Source: Botryllus schlosseri (Eukaryota). From it: DNA of 64,000 bases. Made by a program: the position numbers and the translations under genes. The notes under the pieces were generated by a model. That model ran no database searches, was not told the origin of the DNA, and saw only the letters and a list, made by a program, of their open reading frames with translations. How positions within the stretch are numbered: position 1 is the first letter of the stretch; each line of letters begins with the position of its first letter. Positions 14,130 through 27,500 of this stretch are shown here, in pieces. The stretch lies in the NCBI GenBank assembly GCA_051294905.1, contig CM119372.1, positions 32,428,001 through 32,492,000 on the forward strand, in the 5' to 3' direction.

Positions 14130-14807
14130 TCCTAGATAGTCGATACGGGCGACCGTCATTGTGGTGAATATTATTCACAATAATGCTAACACGCTGCCTT
14201 TCGACGGTTCCTAGAGTCGGAATAATTCACGAGTGGGATTATCCTAACCAGGCCATCGGAGATGAGCATGCATTTGGATTTGCAATGAGGTGATTTTAGC
14301 GGGATTATAATTTGAGAATGCTATTTATTCGGATCGCATTTGTATTTGGATATGCGGATTTTCATGAATATTTATATAATGAGCTTTATCGTCGACATGT
14401 TTTTTTCCGGTATCAATGTGCTGTTAATTGAACAGAGTGGCGTCATACGTAGGTCAGTTATCTCGCGGTCTAGCTACAGGCCGACGCGTCGTTCAAACGG
14501 GAAGAATTCCTTGGAGTTAATTTGTGTTCTCGTGTAACAGCTTTTGGGTGGGAAGACACACTCTTTTCGTTGAGATTGTGCCACAAGTCTTCAGATCACA
14601 AAGGATAATATGGAATATCGACCTGGTGTAATTGAGCATATATAGTTGAAACACTATCAATACAAAAAACACAACAACAATCCCGGATTCTTCTACACCA
14701 GTGGTTGTTGGACCTTTTTCCTCCAGCGCCCCTTCTCAAAAATTGCCTAGCTCTGGCGCCCCCATATTTTAAAGACTGTGGTAAAAACAATGGATAAGAG
14801 GCAGACA

Positions 14808-15811
14808 TGATGTGAACCTCTGAAAGGTTCAGGCTCGTGTGAACGCGAACCTTTTTGAAAGTTTCTGTGTGAACGCCAACGTGAACCTCATGACCACACG
14901 TGACGTCATATTGCTAATTACAAACATACATATCAGTGAAGTGATAGCCTATATTAAAGTACAATTGTACATGTACACGATACCTATCGACGACTCGGGC
15001 TTCATAATGCCACAATGCTGAAGTACATATTGTCGTTTTAAATGTCACCAAATATATTTGCCGGGGCAATCAAATGATATAATAATCCCATCAAATCGAT
15101 ATCTTCCGTCGCTATGCCTACAATTTCGACAAGGACTTGGAAGGGAATACAATGTTTTGCCTGAACGGTCTAGGCCAGAACGGACAATGTATTCGGCTTC
15201 TGAGTATTGCGAGGTTGATACTGAGCAGAGTGTAAATCGGGTTTCTATACTTGCTACCGATATTATCACGTTAACAAGTTATGCAGCAGTAGCGAACACT
15301 CCAATCGCACGGATTTTGTGTTTATGATACAATTAACATATGATGTCAAGATTGACCACGTAAGCCTGCTAGATTTTTTACATCCGACAACGATATCAAT
15401 TCCATTGATTGGTTGAATAAGCATCATTCGCTGACCACATGTAGTGTATTTCGCTCTCGATGTTGTGTCAACTGTGGGTCAAGCTCACAGCAAAGAGTCA
15501 CGAAATATTCACAATCAAAAAGCTGCATATTTCGGGCAAACTTTCGTAACAATGCAGGTAAAATTATTGAGATTGTCAAGGTACACGCTCGTTTAGTATT
15601 GATTTTTTATGTTGCCAGTGTCATGCATAGAGTGGCCCGCAGTTGAAATGCAATAAATTTCAACCAAAGATGTTATAATGAAGTGAAAATTGTAATATAT
15701 GAAAAAGGTTCACAGTGCAGAACCTACCAAAGTTCGTTTGTGAACGTCAACCTCTATATTTCCAAGGCTCACACACAGAACGCGAACGGGAATCTCACGT
15801 TCACACCATCC
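14808..15811. repeat. Probable old TIR element with GTGAAC subterminal repeats
   Basis: GTGAAC / GAACGCGAAC motifs cluster at both ends, terminal GTGAAC...GTTCAC; no TSD found. Confidence 0.45.
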
Positions 15812-16761
15812 AAATAATTATACAACCTTTGAAAAAATAATTTAAATGGTATTTTTAAAACATTGTTTAACAAACTGAGAGGACAACAATCGCATTGCTG
15901 TTTGCCAAGCATAACATAGAAAAATATAAGTTCGGCCTTCAACTGCCTATTGGAACTCCAATCATCACGTACCTCATAAAAATCACTTGAATATGAAGGA
16001 TGAATGATCTTGCAAGCCGTAAATCCGGAGTCATATCAGGGCTGACATATACTCTATAATAGACAGTCAACCATTCTTACAATATCGAGCGAGAAAGCGA
16101 CGAAAGCAACACTAAATTGTGCGTATAGCTGAGTTTATTACGGGATGAACCATACATCTGCGGGACCCTTGGAAAAGATACGTGCAATTAGGTGCATATA
16201 AATCAAATAACTCGCTGTCATCGAAAGTAGACCAGCATACTTCCTACAATATACGATCTTATTCACATAAAATATACGCTCGCAGGTACGTCCTATGCTC
16301 GAATACCCAGAGGTGGTGAGTAAGGTATTAATCCTTCATTTAGCAGCAACTCAAGTGGTTGTCGTCTGATTCCACTACTTGGTCGCGCGGTTATGATGCA
16401 AAATTAATTCCACTGCTTTTTCTGCGGATTTTACAGGTAAACCTCTAACTTGGAGTTTGTCACGTAAAACGCACGATATAGATGGATTCTCATCATTTTC
16501 ATGAGCGAGACTGGCACAATTGAGCGATGCAAACGATGTCATTTAGAGTAATAACAAAGATACATCTAGAAATTTCGAAAAGTGTCACTGCTGATGGTAA
16601 AAATTAGCAATGTCTCGTCTCAATCTATTTCTTTCAACTGCTATGTTAATTACATTCGAGAAATTTCGTTTCACCCTTCACTTGGAATGGTTTGGACCTG
16701 CTTTAAACTGTGCTTTTTCTACTTGTGCTGGGGTATAGAGATTCGTAGTCATCTTGTAGAT

Positions 16762-17835
16762 CAATGGTTCTCAAACTGGGGGGCACATCCCTCTTGGGGA
16801 GCGTCAAAATTTGAAGGTGGGCTCGATTTACCTCCATTTTTTAAATCCTGCTCCGTGTTTAGTCCCAATTTCATATCTTAGAATTCTCTCATCAACAGTC
16901 ATAACTAGGGCAAGTTTTTGCGCAACTTTAGCCACTTTTTTTTACAGCTTCCGACAGCTTCGCAGATACTCAGTATCTATGTACTATGTTGTTTTAAGCT
17001 GTTTGTAGATATTTTATAGTGCAACATTTTGCAATTTTTCTCTATTTTTCATAGTCAATTTTTACTGCAACTTTTATCAAATATTGCGTGGAAATGTAAA
17101 GGAGTGATTTAAAAACATGCTATAAACGATTTCTAGTATGGTTCTACTCTCTTCGATTTGCATAACAAAGACACTGTTATCTATGACACAATGGAGAGAA
17201 TTTCATCTCCCCTGCCAAGCACGACGGTGCCCGATCAATATGTAAATAGATCGCTTCAATAATTCTGTCGTTTAAATTTGAAATAGTTTCCCATTTCACG
17301 AACGCCCAGACGAGACCGCCGAAAATTACATTTTAACTTGGTCCCCTTCTTCAGGCTATTAGTTTTGTTAAAGTCGTCAAGAGTGAGTTTTCTGTGATGC
17401 CTTGGGTCAAGTTCACGGACCTAGGCGGTTTGGGGTGTAATATTCTACTTGTTTTAGGGGGAGGGGTTATCGCTATGCTGTTTGGAATTTTTGGGGAAAA
17501 TTATTCCCGTATTGCGTAATTTTCTTGCAAAAACATAGTTGACAGCTCTGCAGGAACTAGGTTATACAACGAAGCCTTTCGAGTTTCTCATACCCTAATA
17601 ATTCGAAAAAATTATCAATGCAACTTTTTACTGCAACTTTTGTTAAAATAAAATGCAACTTTCTCGCGATTTTAGTGCAACGAAAACTTGCCCTTGTCAT
17701 AACCTTCCATGTCATCAAACTATCCGTTGGTATTGCTAGCATTCTGGTTGCATTTTTGTGATATGACGATAGGGGGCGCGGAATTTTGCACTATCATAAA
17801 GGGGGTCGTGTCTAAAACAAGTTTGAGAACCACTG
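16762..17835. mobile_element. hAT MITE (Charlie-type) carrying a nested insertion
   Basis: CAATGGTTCTCAAAC / GTTTGAGAACCACTG; TSD TTGTAGAT vs TCGTAGAT (7/8). Confidence 0.82.
16906..17695. mobile_element. Second, inverted copy of the TAGGGCAAG-TIR hAT element
   Basis: TAGGGCAAGTTTT / AAAACTTGCCCTT; exact TSD GTCATAAC; reverse-complement similarity to 9498-11409 minus its insert. Confidence 0.88.
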
Positions 17836-17864
17836 TCGTAGATGATTCTCAACTCTGAATACTT

Positions 17865-18060
17865 CAGAATTCCGATATCTAAGTGTTGGAGGTTTACCTA
17901 GGCTCCTCCTCGCCACCTCATCCGCGTAAGCGGTGTCTTACGGAAGCCTAGAGGTGGACCGTGCTATAAGTCGGCGGTTACTGAAAATAATGACGAATAT
18001 CGGCCTGGTGTAAATGACCATAGTAGTCGACAAACACCATGAATACCACACAAAACAAAC
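17865..18060 (-). repeat. Dispersed repeat just downstream of the GPCR stop codon; second copy at about 20870-21065
   Basis: Shared core CTAGGCTCCTCCTCGCCACCTCATCCG and GTAAATGAC...GACAAACAC...ATGAATACCACA in both copies. Confidence 0.8.
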
Positions 18061-18120
18061 ATACAAACTCTGCATACCCGGACCACTTCTGACAAACAGC
18101 TAACTAGAATGGATCGTGCA

Positions 18121-18503
18121 TTATCTCGCGGACGATGCATACTTCGATTTGTGCGATGAGTTGTTCGAATTCTTATTACTGAACGACTTTTTAATGCTCA
18201 TAACGAGACTAGAGTCTGTCGCTCGGCGTTCGGCCTTCGATGAAGATTGGTCCGAAACGTTGTTATCCACGCTGGATGGTGCTCGATTGAATTTCGACAT
18301 TGCGGTTTGGTAAAGAAAATCCGGTAAGGCGGAATATAGGATTGGATTGAGCGCGCTGTTTATCGGAAGCAGTACGATGGCAGCGATAACATATGCAGTT
18401 TCGGTAATGTGAGCTCCGGCAAGCTTGGCGAACGCCATGATGCAAATGGGAATCCAGCAGAAAAAGTCCGTTATGATAAGACGGAGAATTTTCTTCTGTA
18501 AAT
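18121..18503 (-). CDS. GPCR terminal coding exon, TM6-TM7 and Ser-rich tail
   Basis: Acceptor ttacag; [17 protein letters not shown]...[14 protein letters not shown]; stop codon ends at 18121. Confidence 0.93.
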
Positions 18504-21500
18504 CTGTAATTCGGGCAACATCAAGGTTAAAATCAGCATCGTGTCGACATGTAGCAATATATACAAAGAAACGTTCAGAGCCTATATCGTCGCAGTGGAA
18601 TCAAAGTGACTTATGTCCTGTTTACAAATTTTGAAGGTCCATTTTTAAAACTTGACGAAAATCAAGTTTTTGAAAATATTTCAATTATTTTCGGACATAT
18701 ATTGGCCATGGTTATATCTGTTTCGTTAATTCAAAGTTAATCAGGGCCAATATGTTACTGAAAGATGATGAAAACTTTACCTAAAGTCAATTTTCTCAAA
18801 ATGTGTAAAATGGACATAAGTCACTTTGATTCCACTGCGACGATATCTGCTATCTACCTCAGAAAATTGACATGGGTGATATTGCACCATATTATCAGAT
18901 AATGCGCTATATTGTCGGAAATGCGAGAGGTGGGATAACGCTACAGAATGAAAATACAAGCACATTGCCAGGTGTGATCCGGGAGTGAATGTCATTTATT
19001 ATGCTGAATATTTCTTCACGAGTCAAACATCGATTGGCAAGGGTATGAAGACAGTAGTTTTCAGAATGTATCACCATCGCAACATCTTGCGGCAGTGTGA
19101 ATAGGCGGATATTGATTTCTGAGAATCCGAATCCGTGCGACAGTCCGGGTACCTGAGGACCTATCCGTCCCAATCCGAACAATCGGGATCAAAAATCTAC
19201 TCGAGTCCGAATAATGCCGTCCAGAATCCGACAAATCCGAATCGAATAACTTTTTTGAAGAATCGTAATTCTACATCTCAGAATAGTATGGTCTTTACAA
19301 AGGCTAAGGCTAGGGTTAGATGATTTATATTTGCTTGGACCTTCAGCAAAACAACTTTAGAGTGCCACCGGTTCTATATCAAAACGTGGTAACTGTTCAT
19401 GTTTGGTTGTCGAGCGGACGATTTTTTTCTTTTAACTTGAAATCCAAAGTCGCGTCTGGTCAGAACTATCCGAAAATTTCCGAAACGAAATTCGTGATAG
19501 AATCCGAATCCGATCCGACTGTCTCAAAATTGTTTAAAATCCGGTCCGAGCCCTATTCGAATCCGTCGGATGCCCATCACTGGCACTCATCAATTTTGAT
19601 ATTCACATTAATGCAATGGTTTTACTCTTCTATACTGTCCAATAAACGAAGGAAGAATTGACATGTAAACCACTGTACCAGTAACTCCCTTATCACTTTT
19701 TCGTGTTACGGTTCGAACTTTCGCTCTTTTCCTAGACTGATGATAAATCGCCGCGTACGCAGTGGCAACGAACACGAAAGAGCAAAAATTGAAGAGGTTC
19801 ACGAAGAAAGAGAATCCCCAAGAGCGGTCGGAAGACTTCACGAAAAACTTCGGAATGCACACGCTGTTTATGCTGTAATATCTGAAAAGAAATGGAATAT
19901 ATGGCTGGTTGTGATCCGAACTCCGAAGGAAAATTTACAGCACACGATTATCCTAAGTAGGGCTGACATAGCGATATGAATAGGCCTGTAGCCAAATGCG
20001 ACTCGACTATGGAATGACCTGATAACAAGTCGGGTCACGAAACCTGGTTTTTGATGTATAGAAACTAAAGACATCCAATGATTACAGAACACAACCGACT
20101 TTCTTTCTCTCTTATTCGTCTTCCCAAACGCATACGACATCACAAAGAAAATGGGCTAGGAGCAGGAGGGCAAAAATCTTTCGAAACATTTTGTAAATTG
20201 ACATAAGGTGGAGTATTTTCTTCGCCTGATGTTTAGAATTGAATATAACTTTATTCGTATGAGGTGTCTGTGGTTGCGGAATTATTAGGCACCATCTTTC
20301 GGCCCCAAAAAAGATATTCCAATGCAGATGATAAGGTCTTAGCCAGCACGAAGTGCGATCCCAGAAAGATCGCCGGCGATAGAACCGTGGCCGAAGATCA
20401 CGTCGGATGGCCCTGTCCTGGCACTCTGAGTCCCGCGGCACAAATGCGACCAGGAGAGTGAAATATTGCGCAGTGCGCAGTGTGAATATATTCACACTGA
20501 TTTTCTCTAATAATAATAATATAACATAACACTGTGATTTTGGGTGAAATATATGTATAAGAATTACCCCCGGGAGTTGGGTTCATCACAAAATAAGGCC
20601 AAAAAACATCGTTTTTTACTGTATTCTTCTACAGTCATAGATTTATGGGAAGGGACCTCTCAAATTTTTTAGCCCCCCCCCAAAAAAAAATGCTACTCTA
20701 GCTTTTCTTTATGTCTTGTGTTTTTATACAAACTAATTAACTAAAGTAGAGATCATCTTCGTGACCTCTAAATCTGCAACGAGGTTGAGAACGTAATTTA
20801 TTTTCTGTCTACGGTAGCTCTAATAAAGCATCCAATGGGTTGCGGGTTCTCGTCCGACCAAGGTCAACCCCAGAATTCCTATTTACGTGTTGGATGTTTA
20901 TCTAGGCTCCTCCTCGCCACCTCATCCGTGTGAGCGCGTGTCTTTTAAAAGCCTAAAAGTTGGCCTTGCTACAAGTCAGCCGCAGCTTCGGAATAAAATT
21001 AGAGAAAATTGGTCTGGGTAAATGACTATAGGAGTTGACAAACACGATGAATACCACAAACAACAACAATAAAGCAGCCTTGGCTGGAGCTACTAAAATT
21101 ACAGGGTTCGCATGCGCAGAACGGCCTTTTTGGAGATAAAATATTCTACTAAGCAAACTCATTATAATTGCCGAAGTCATTCAGTCGACGGAAGGCCAAT
21201 TCAAACAAACGTAACTGCTATTTACAGATGTCTTGGTGGTGTTTGTAGAAAAGATAAACATCCCTAATAGAGGCGCGTAGCCAGCCGAAAGAGAGGAAGT
21301 TTAAATACGCATAATTAATAATCAATTGAATACGCATTGCGTGTAACGCAACCTTGGCGACGATTATCGCAAATCGAACTGACCAGGTCTGTTGCGAAAT
21401 CTGCTCTGTGATGGTATCGATTTCGGGTGATTCAGATCTTTCTCATCTTTGAGAACTCGAGTCACTATATAGGAAAGCTAGCCTAAATATCCAAAATATA

Positions 21501-24500
21501 CCACACTACACATCAAACTAGAACATCAAATACAATATTATAGATTGCACGTGCACAAAATCAACTGTGCATCAACGGAGTGTTAAAATAATAAATAAAA
21601 CATGAAAATATAATATTCACGTAAAATGAAAACATTCTAATGAATATTTATCACAAATCAGACTTAAGTGAATCGAGTGACTTGATTTGACTTGAGTCCC
21701 CTTCAAAAATCGAGTGACTTGGCTGACTCGTGTCAAAATGTCGAATGACTTGTGACTCGAAGGTAGTGACTTGATCCCAACACTGTCGCACTCACGGCAA
21801 AAGACATTTAGTTTACCACGAGTTTGATAGTTTGAAAACAAGAGAATCTCGGATGCGGACCTAAAGGTCCAGCTATTTGAGATGATGTGTCTCACCCGAA
21901 AGATCTACTGACTTCGAAATGATCGTGTACAAAGATTTTACTTGACCAGCTCCTCATCTCATGCCAAGATAGCTCCTCGACGTTCAGATTCCCTGTCGAC
22001 ATAACGGAAATTGATCACCGACTGGGATTGAAATGTCACTTTTTGATAGTCATCGTTATTGGGCAAAGCAAGTTAGTAACGTAATACTTCCACTTTTCTG
22101 GATTACGAAAATATTTAATTTTATATTTCTATTAGTCTACTCAAGTGATTCCGTTTCTACAATCTTTCACGACTTATTTAATAGCCCTTTCCCCCCTAAT
22201 TCCGTTAAATGCTGGAGTCATCTTTGGTATTCCTGATTAATTGCTACTAACTGTTTCTTAGTAAATAATTATGTTCGTGGAACAACTCTATCGTCCATGA
22301 CTCCATCTTCTTTCAAGGCTGAGAAGTTGAATGGAGTTAACGTAAGCGTCATGTGCTGACAATGAAAAGCTTGACTGCGCGGGTGTAGTTGGTCCTCAGG
22401 ACTTACAATGATATCGGGAGAACGATAAAAATATATTACGTATAAAATAATCACCCAAAACCTTTGGAAATATATAAAGAGAGAAACAAAAGACACTGAA
22501 ACTAGATACATATAAAATTTGTTATCTCACAGCATCAGCCTCGGAATATGAGTGAGTGAATAAAATGAAATAATACTAACCAGGTATCGTCACATTAGGC
22601 TGCATGTCATACGTCAGGAGACTTGAAAATAACTCTCTGGCTTTAGTAATTTTCGTCCGGGGGCTGGCGAAGAAAATGTCTTCCTTGAATTGAACGTGTG
22701 AGACGAAGATTGTCGCCAGCCCGGGCAGCAATGGGACCAGAGCCAAGCAGAGAGATACGCACCAAGATGCAACGATCATCAGCGCCACCGTGCGTTTACG
22801 AGGATGACAAGCTGATTGGAACGGCTTTTTGAAAAACGGAGTTGATTAATTTCTCTGTCTCCGGTAGGTAACTATGTAAATTTAATTTTCTCACTATTCC
22901 ACTGGGTTTAGGTTTTTTCAAATATTTACTCAAATTTTACACCATACTTCCACTTCTACATCAACAGTTTCCGTAGTCAAACTGTGATTGCTTTTCACCT
23001 TTCAGATTTGTCCAAATAGAAATTAGTTTTTATTTTTCAACAATGTCAACATTTTAACTGCCACAGCAGTTCGACAATGTAGAAACTGTAACATAATATT
23101 CAAAAATGTTGCTGGTGACTGATAAGAAACTTCTGTCACGCCTCTTTGATACTTAGTCTTTACTACTTGGTTATTTGTCAGTCTGCTTACACTTGTAACG
23201 GAATATGTTCATCTCATAGAATCCCTACATACTTGTAATGGAGTGGACATGCGGGTATTACATTCTACTTGTAGCGCAGTTATGTACCAACAATGACTAG
23301 TTTTACAACATATATGAGTCTGTTATATACTGAAATAAAACCCTCCAGTAAACACACCTTCAACACAGCGTACAGTCTGCAGCTTGTGAGCATAATCATC
23401 GTGATTACGGATGTTTCACTGGATAGCACTGACAACACTCCCAAGACTACGCAGGATGTGCTGGATCGCCATAATAGCTTCTGCGAGCAGTAGTTCCCCT
23501 GCAACGGGACAACAAAAGTTTGTCGTGGCACATGTCAAATAAAGTGTTTGCAATGTTATGTCATTTTATGTTGATGGGTATAGAGTGTAGCCGATATTAG
23601 TTATATATAACTACCGACAAATCCCTCCAAAATTTTGAATTCACCCTGATCTCGTCATCGGTGTTCACTTAATCACAATCTGAGGGGGTCAGTAGTCCGC
23701 GTTGGTACTCAAGTATAGAAGCAGACGTAGCTCCGTAAATTTCTATACTCAAATAGCCTACAAGTAGAATTATAGCAATGTACAAGATGTGTCAAACTAC
23801 TTGATATGAACGTACAAAATGAGGGTTAAAAGTCGCACATCAGAAAATAGTTTTTCTTAGCACAAAACCTTTAAACAGTGTGTCGGCATACCTGCATCAG
23901 CAACCCTGAAATGCCGAGCGACAGGAGATAGATCCCCATGAGGATATCAGATGCAGCGAGGTTTAACACGAGAAGTCGGTTTGCCGAAGCAATCGGAGTC
24001 AAGTTGTGGTTTTCTCTTAGTTTCTTCGATTCAAGATGAAGAACCGTCTGCCCCATATGCCATAAATGAAGTATGAAGATTATTCGTTGAAAATATTGTA
24101 CTAAATATGCAGCTTCACTTTCTTACACTGTCACCGAAAGTGCACCCGAACCGCGTATATAGTTCTAGGGCTTGCAAGCAATGATTTGTTGGAGAAGGCA
24201 TGCCGACGTCAAAAGGAATCCGTCGCCGATCAAGATAGCGTAATGGTTAAGCGTCCGGCTTCTTGATCGGTAGGTCGTGGGTTCGATTCCCGGCCGGGTC
24301 AGACCAAAGACCTGATTAGTAACACTGGTATCCATGGCTTCCCTGCTTGGCGCTCATGCATTACAGGGATAGCATGGAGGGGTGGTGCATGACTTAGAAA
24401 GTCGTAAAGGCTATATCTGCACTGCCTTGTCCAGCGGCATATGCACATCATGCACTCATGGTATGCATATGCGCAGATCGTGTGTATGTATATCATGAGT

Positions 24501-27500
24501 CGGTGTATATGCCGCAAAAACATCAAGGACAAAAATAAACTACGTCCTTTCCTTTCCTTTCCTTTTCCATATAATGCCCGACCCGCAAACTTTTAAGTGA
24601 TAATCAGGGCGATTGCAAAAATTGTTTACAAAGTCAAAATTATTTTGCAACCTTCATATCGCGTGCATCGTAGATGTTTGCACTGTCGGTTAACCTATCA
24701 TTTGACATTTTACAGCTTGTAGCCTACTTTATAGGCCTACCGATCAAAAGGTCAAATGAAACAAGGTTGACATGGTGTTACTGGCAATGACAACAAAAAA
24801 AGCGAATTTCAAACTTTTAGTCGTCTCGTAAAGCTATGCGCAACACGCTACGTAACGAAGTTAGCTACTATAAAGAGCTCACAGAGTTGCCGCACAGCGA
24901 CAAAATTCCCATGATCCACACGAGTGCCCGTAGGATAGGATTTGCAATCAGCTCGGACCGTGACGAAAACATGTCAGTAGTACCAGCGTCGCTGGTTGGA
25001 CACTCATCGCTCCAGTCCGAACAATCAGCGCGTCTGTTGAACATCTGTAACGGAAATTGTATTTAGTGCCCAAAAGAACATTTCAAATATTGGTACTATA
25101 GATTTAGCAATAAAGTTAATCTGTAGTTGCTCAACTTTATGGGCACGTGTAAGGATTTACATTCGGCTTGGACCGAAAATTGTTTTAATTGTTAAACAGA
25201 ATTTCTGTTAACGATTGGTACTAAGGTGGGATTGGATATCGCATTTTTGCAACATTGAACTTGCAACTTTGCCCTTGAATTCGAGATGACCAACTTATTA
25301 TTTCCGGCGATTGCAGAGTTTGTCATTCCTGGTCAATGATATATATTGGCCCCGTAATGCTGAATTGTTCCTGGGCTTAGATTTCCTGAGGATCTCTGAA
25401 ATACTGCAGGGTGCGAACGAAGGGTATTTTGCAGCCCACCACAAAGCTTTAATCTCGCCAACAAGTTGTAATAAGATCATCATAGCACAATTCACTCTAC
25501 TCATATCGTAATCAGTAACATCTTTCGAATGGCAACAATCGTAAAAGAACAATCAATACTACTCCGGCAATATCTAGACGGGGCCGCTAACAGGATAGCA
25601 AAAGTGTTTTAATCCCATTTTGACGTTACATGACGTCAGATGATAATTTCACGGCAGTGTGTCTTCTGAGCAGACATGGGGTGATTACTTCATGAATGTA
25701 ATCGATTGCGATTACGATTACTTCCGAATGACGCGATTACGATTACGATTACGATTACAGCAAAATCCGGAAGTAGTCGATTACGATTACGATTACATTG
25801 GAAAAGTAATCACGATTACTCACGATTACATTTATTTTGCATCTTAGAAGTTATATTGGAAGACAATATATGGATTGCGCTGAAAAGGCCTAATGAGATA
25901 ACACACTTCATTTAAAAAGGATGCGTTATTTGCTTGTTGCGTCATAATCGAGCTTACCTATTGCCCATTTTTACATAGGACGATCTATCGTACCCAGCGA
26001 TTTGCATTCTGGCCAGGTCCTTGACTGCCGCACCCCAAATTTCTCAATAGGGTGAGGAGCGAGATCGAACATGACTTAAAGTATTTCGTAGACCAACATA
26101 AATTATTGAGTATTTTCGAGAGATTAAATTGACTTGAAAATTCTCTCTAGATAAGCTTGATTTTGAAATACATACGTCTTCCCCTCAACAAAAAAAAGCA
26201 TAGCCTACATTATTTATTGTAGGAATGCATTTAAAACAAATGGTTGTTTAAAACACTTTGTTTAAAGAAATGTGTTTTTTTAGGTTGTTAAATTATGCCA
26301 TAATTGTGTAAATACTTTTCAAAAACATGTTGAATGAGTCTATATGGACAGTAACCACCCGATTTAGCCGACGTACGTCGATATGGGATGGTTTATACCC
26401 TCAAAATAGTCGGTTCAACAGTTATACGACAGATATTTCGTCAAAGGAGCTATATTTACCCTATATTTTTTAATGTCAATGTCAATACAAATTCGTGACG
26501 TCATGGCTCAAAAAACATGATTCAAACATGGTTACTTTAAATTGATTTTTGTTTTAAATGCAACCTTAGTTTATAGTAATAGGAATTTAGATTCCAGTCA
26601 ATACCGTGCCATGAGCCCACGACACGCCAAAAGACATATGCAGTTTCGACCACAAGACGCGACTTCACGAAGTGTGCTACTAAAGAAAGACCTTGGCCGT
26701 AACTTAGGGTATGTGTACATTGCCAATAGCCGCGCTGGGTGGGCGTGACTAGTAGTCCACGGTCCTTCCAATCTGAGCCCACAAAGAAAATGCCACCCGG
26801 GCACCCACAGAGCATTAAAGATATGACAATTTATGTCTACGTCTCACGAAAGTTTTTCTTTTAGTCTGCTACGTTTGAGATACAACAATATCTTTTGAAT
26901 ATATCACAGACCGGAGGTCACGAATTAACAACATACACTAAAGTAAAACAGGATACCAGACGTTGTAATTATATCGGGGCAGAGAGAGGATTAAAAATTA
27001 ATAATAATCAAATGCGATTACCAATATTATTGACGAAACTCAGACTTCGACTTGAAAATATCACCCTATGAGGGCCAAAGACCAACGTTTGGACTGGGGG
27101 ACGAGTTGCTGTTTTGGCGCTAATTCTAGCTACAACCCACGCTAACATGATATATAAGCCCATGGCTATGACGGCAGGTTCCAATGTTGAGTAAAGAATT
27201 GTGAAATGAGGATTGGCGCCCGTTTCAAGTAGAGTCATATGAGAATAAGATTCTCATTCATAAAATTCTGCATTCAACTTAATACAGATAATGTACTGCA
27301 AGCTGCCGTTACGAGAAACGGCGAAAACGGCTCGGTAATGATGCAGCTGTTGATTTTCAATGCTTCGTTGTAGAAACCGTAATGTTTTATTAGACGAGTA
27401 CAAAATTTCAAATCTTTGTCCGGTGTACGTACGTACTACATAGGCCTACTGCTCGCAAAGCAGCATCGGTCAAACTGCGTTTAACTATAAGCATAACCAA

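Noticed and set aside
17888..17957. Canonical HDV ribozyme on the plus strand (CCTCCTCGC motif)
   Set aside because: P1 is imperfect, there is no GG for P1.1 after P1', and no proper J4/2; kept only as a generic pseudoknot candidate on the minus strand.
20112..20495. 127-aa intronic ORF
   Set aside because: No recognisable domain, and the flanking GPCR exons join in frame without it.
24225..24300. Functional tRNA gene
   Set aside because: Acceptor and anticodon stems do not pair properly; continues into a SINE body and microsatellite tail. The same applies to 36032-36110.
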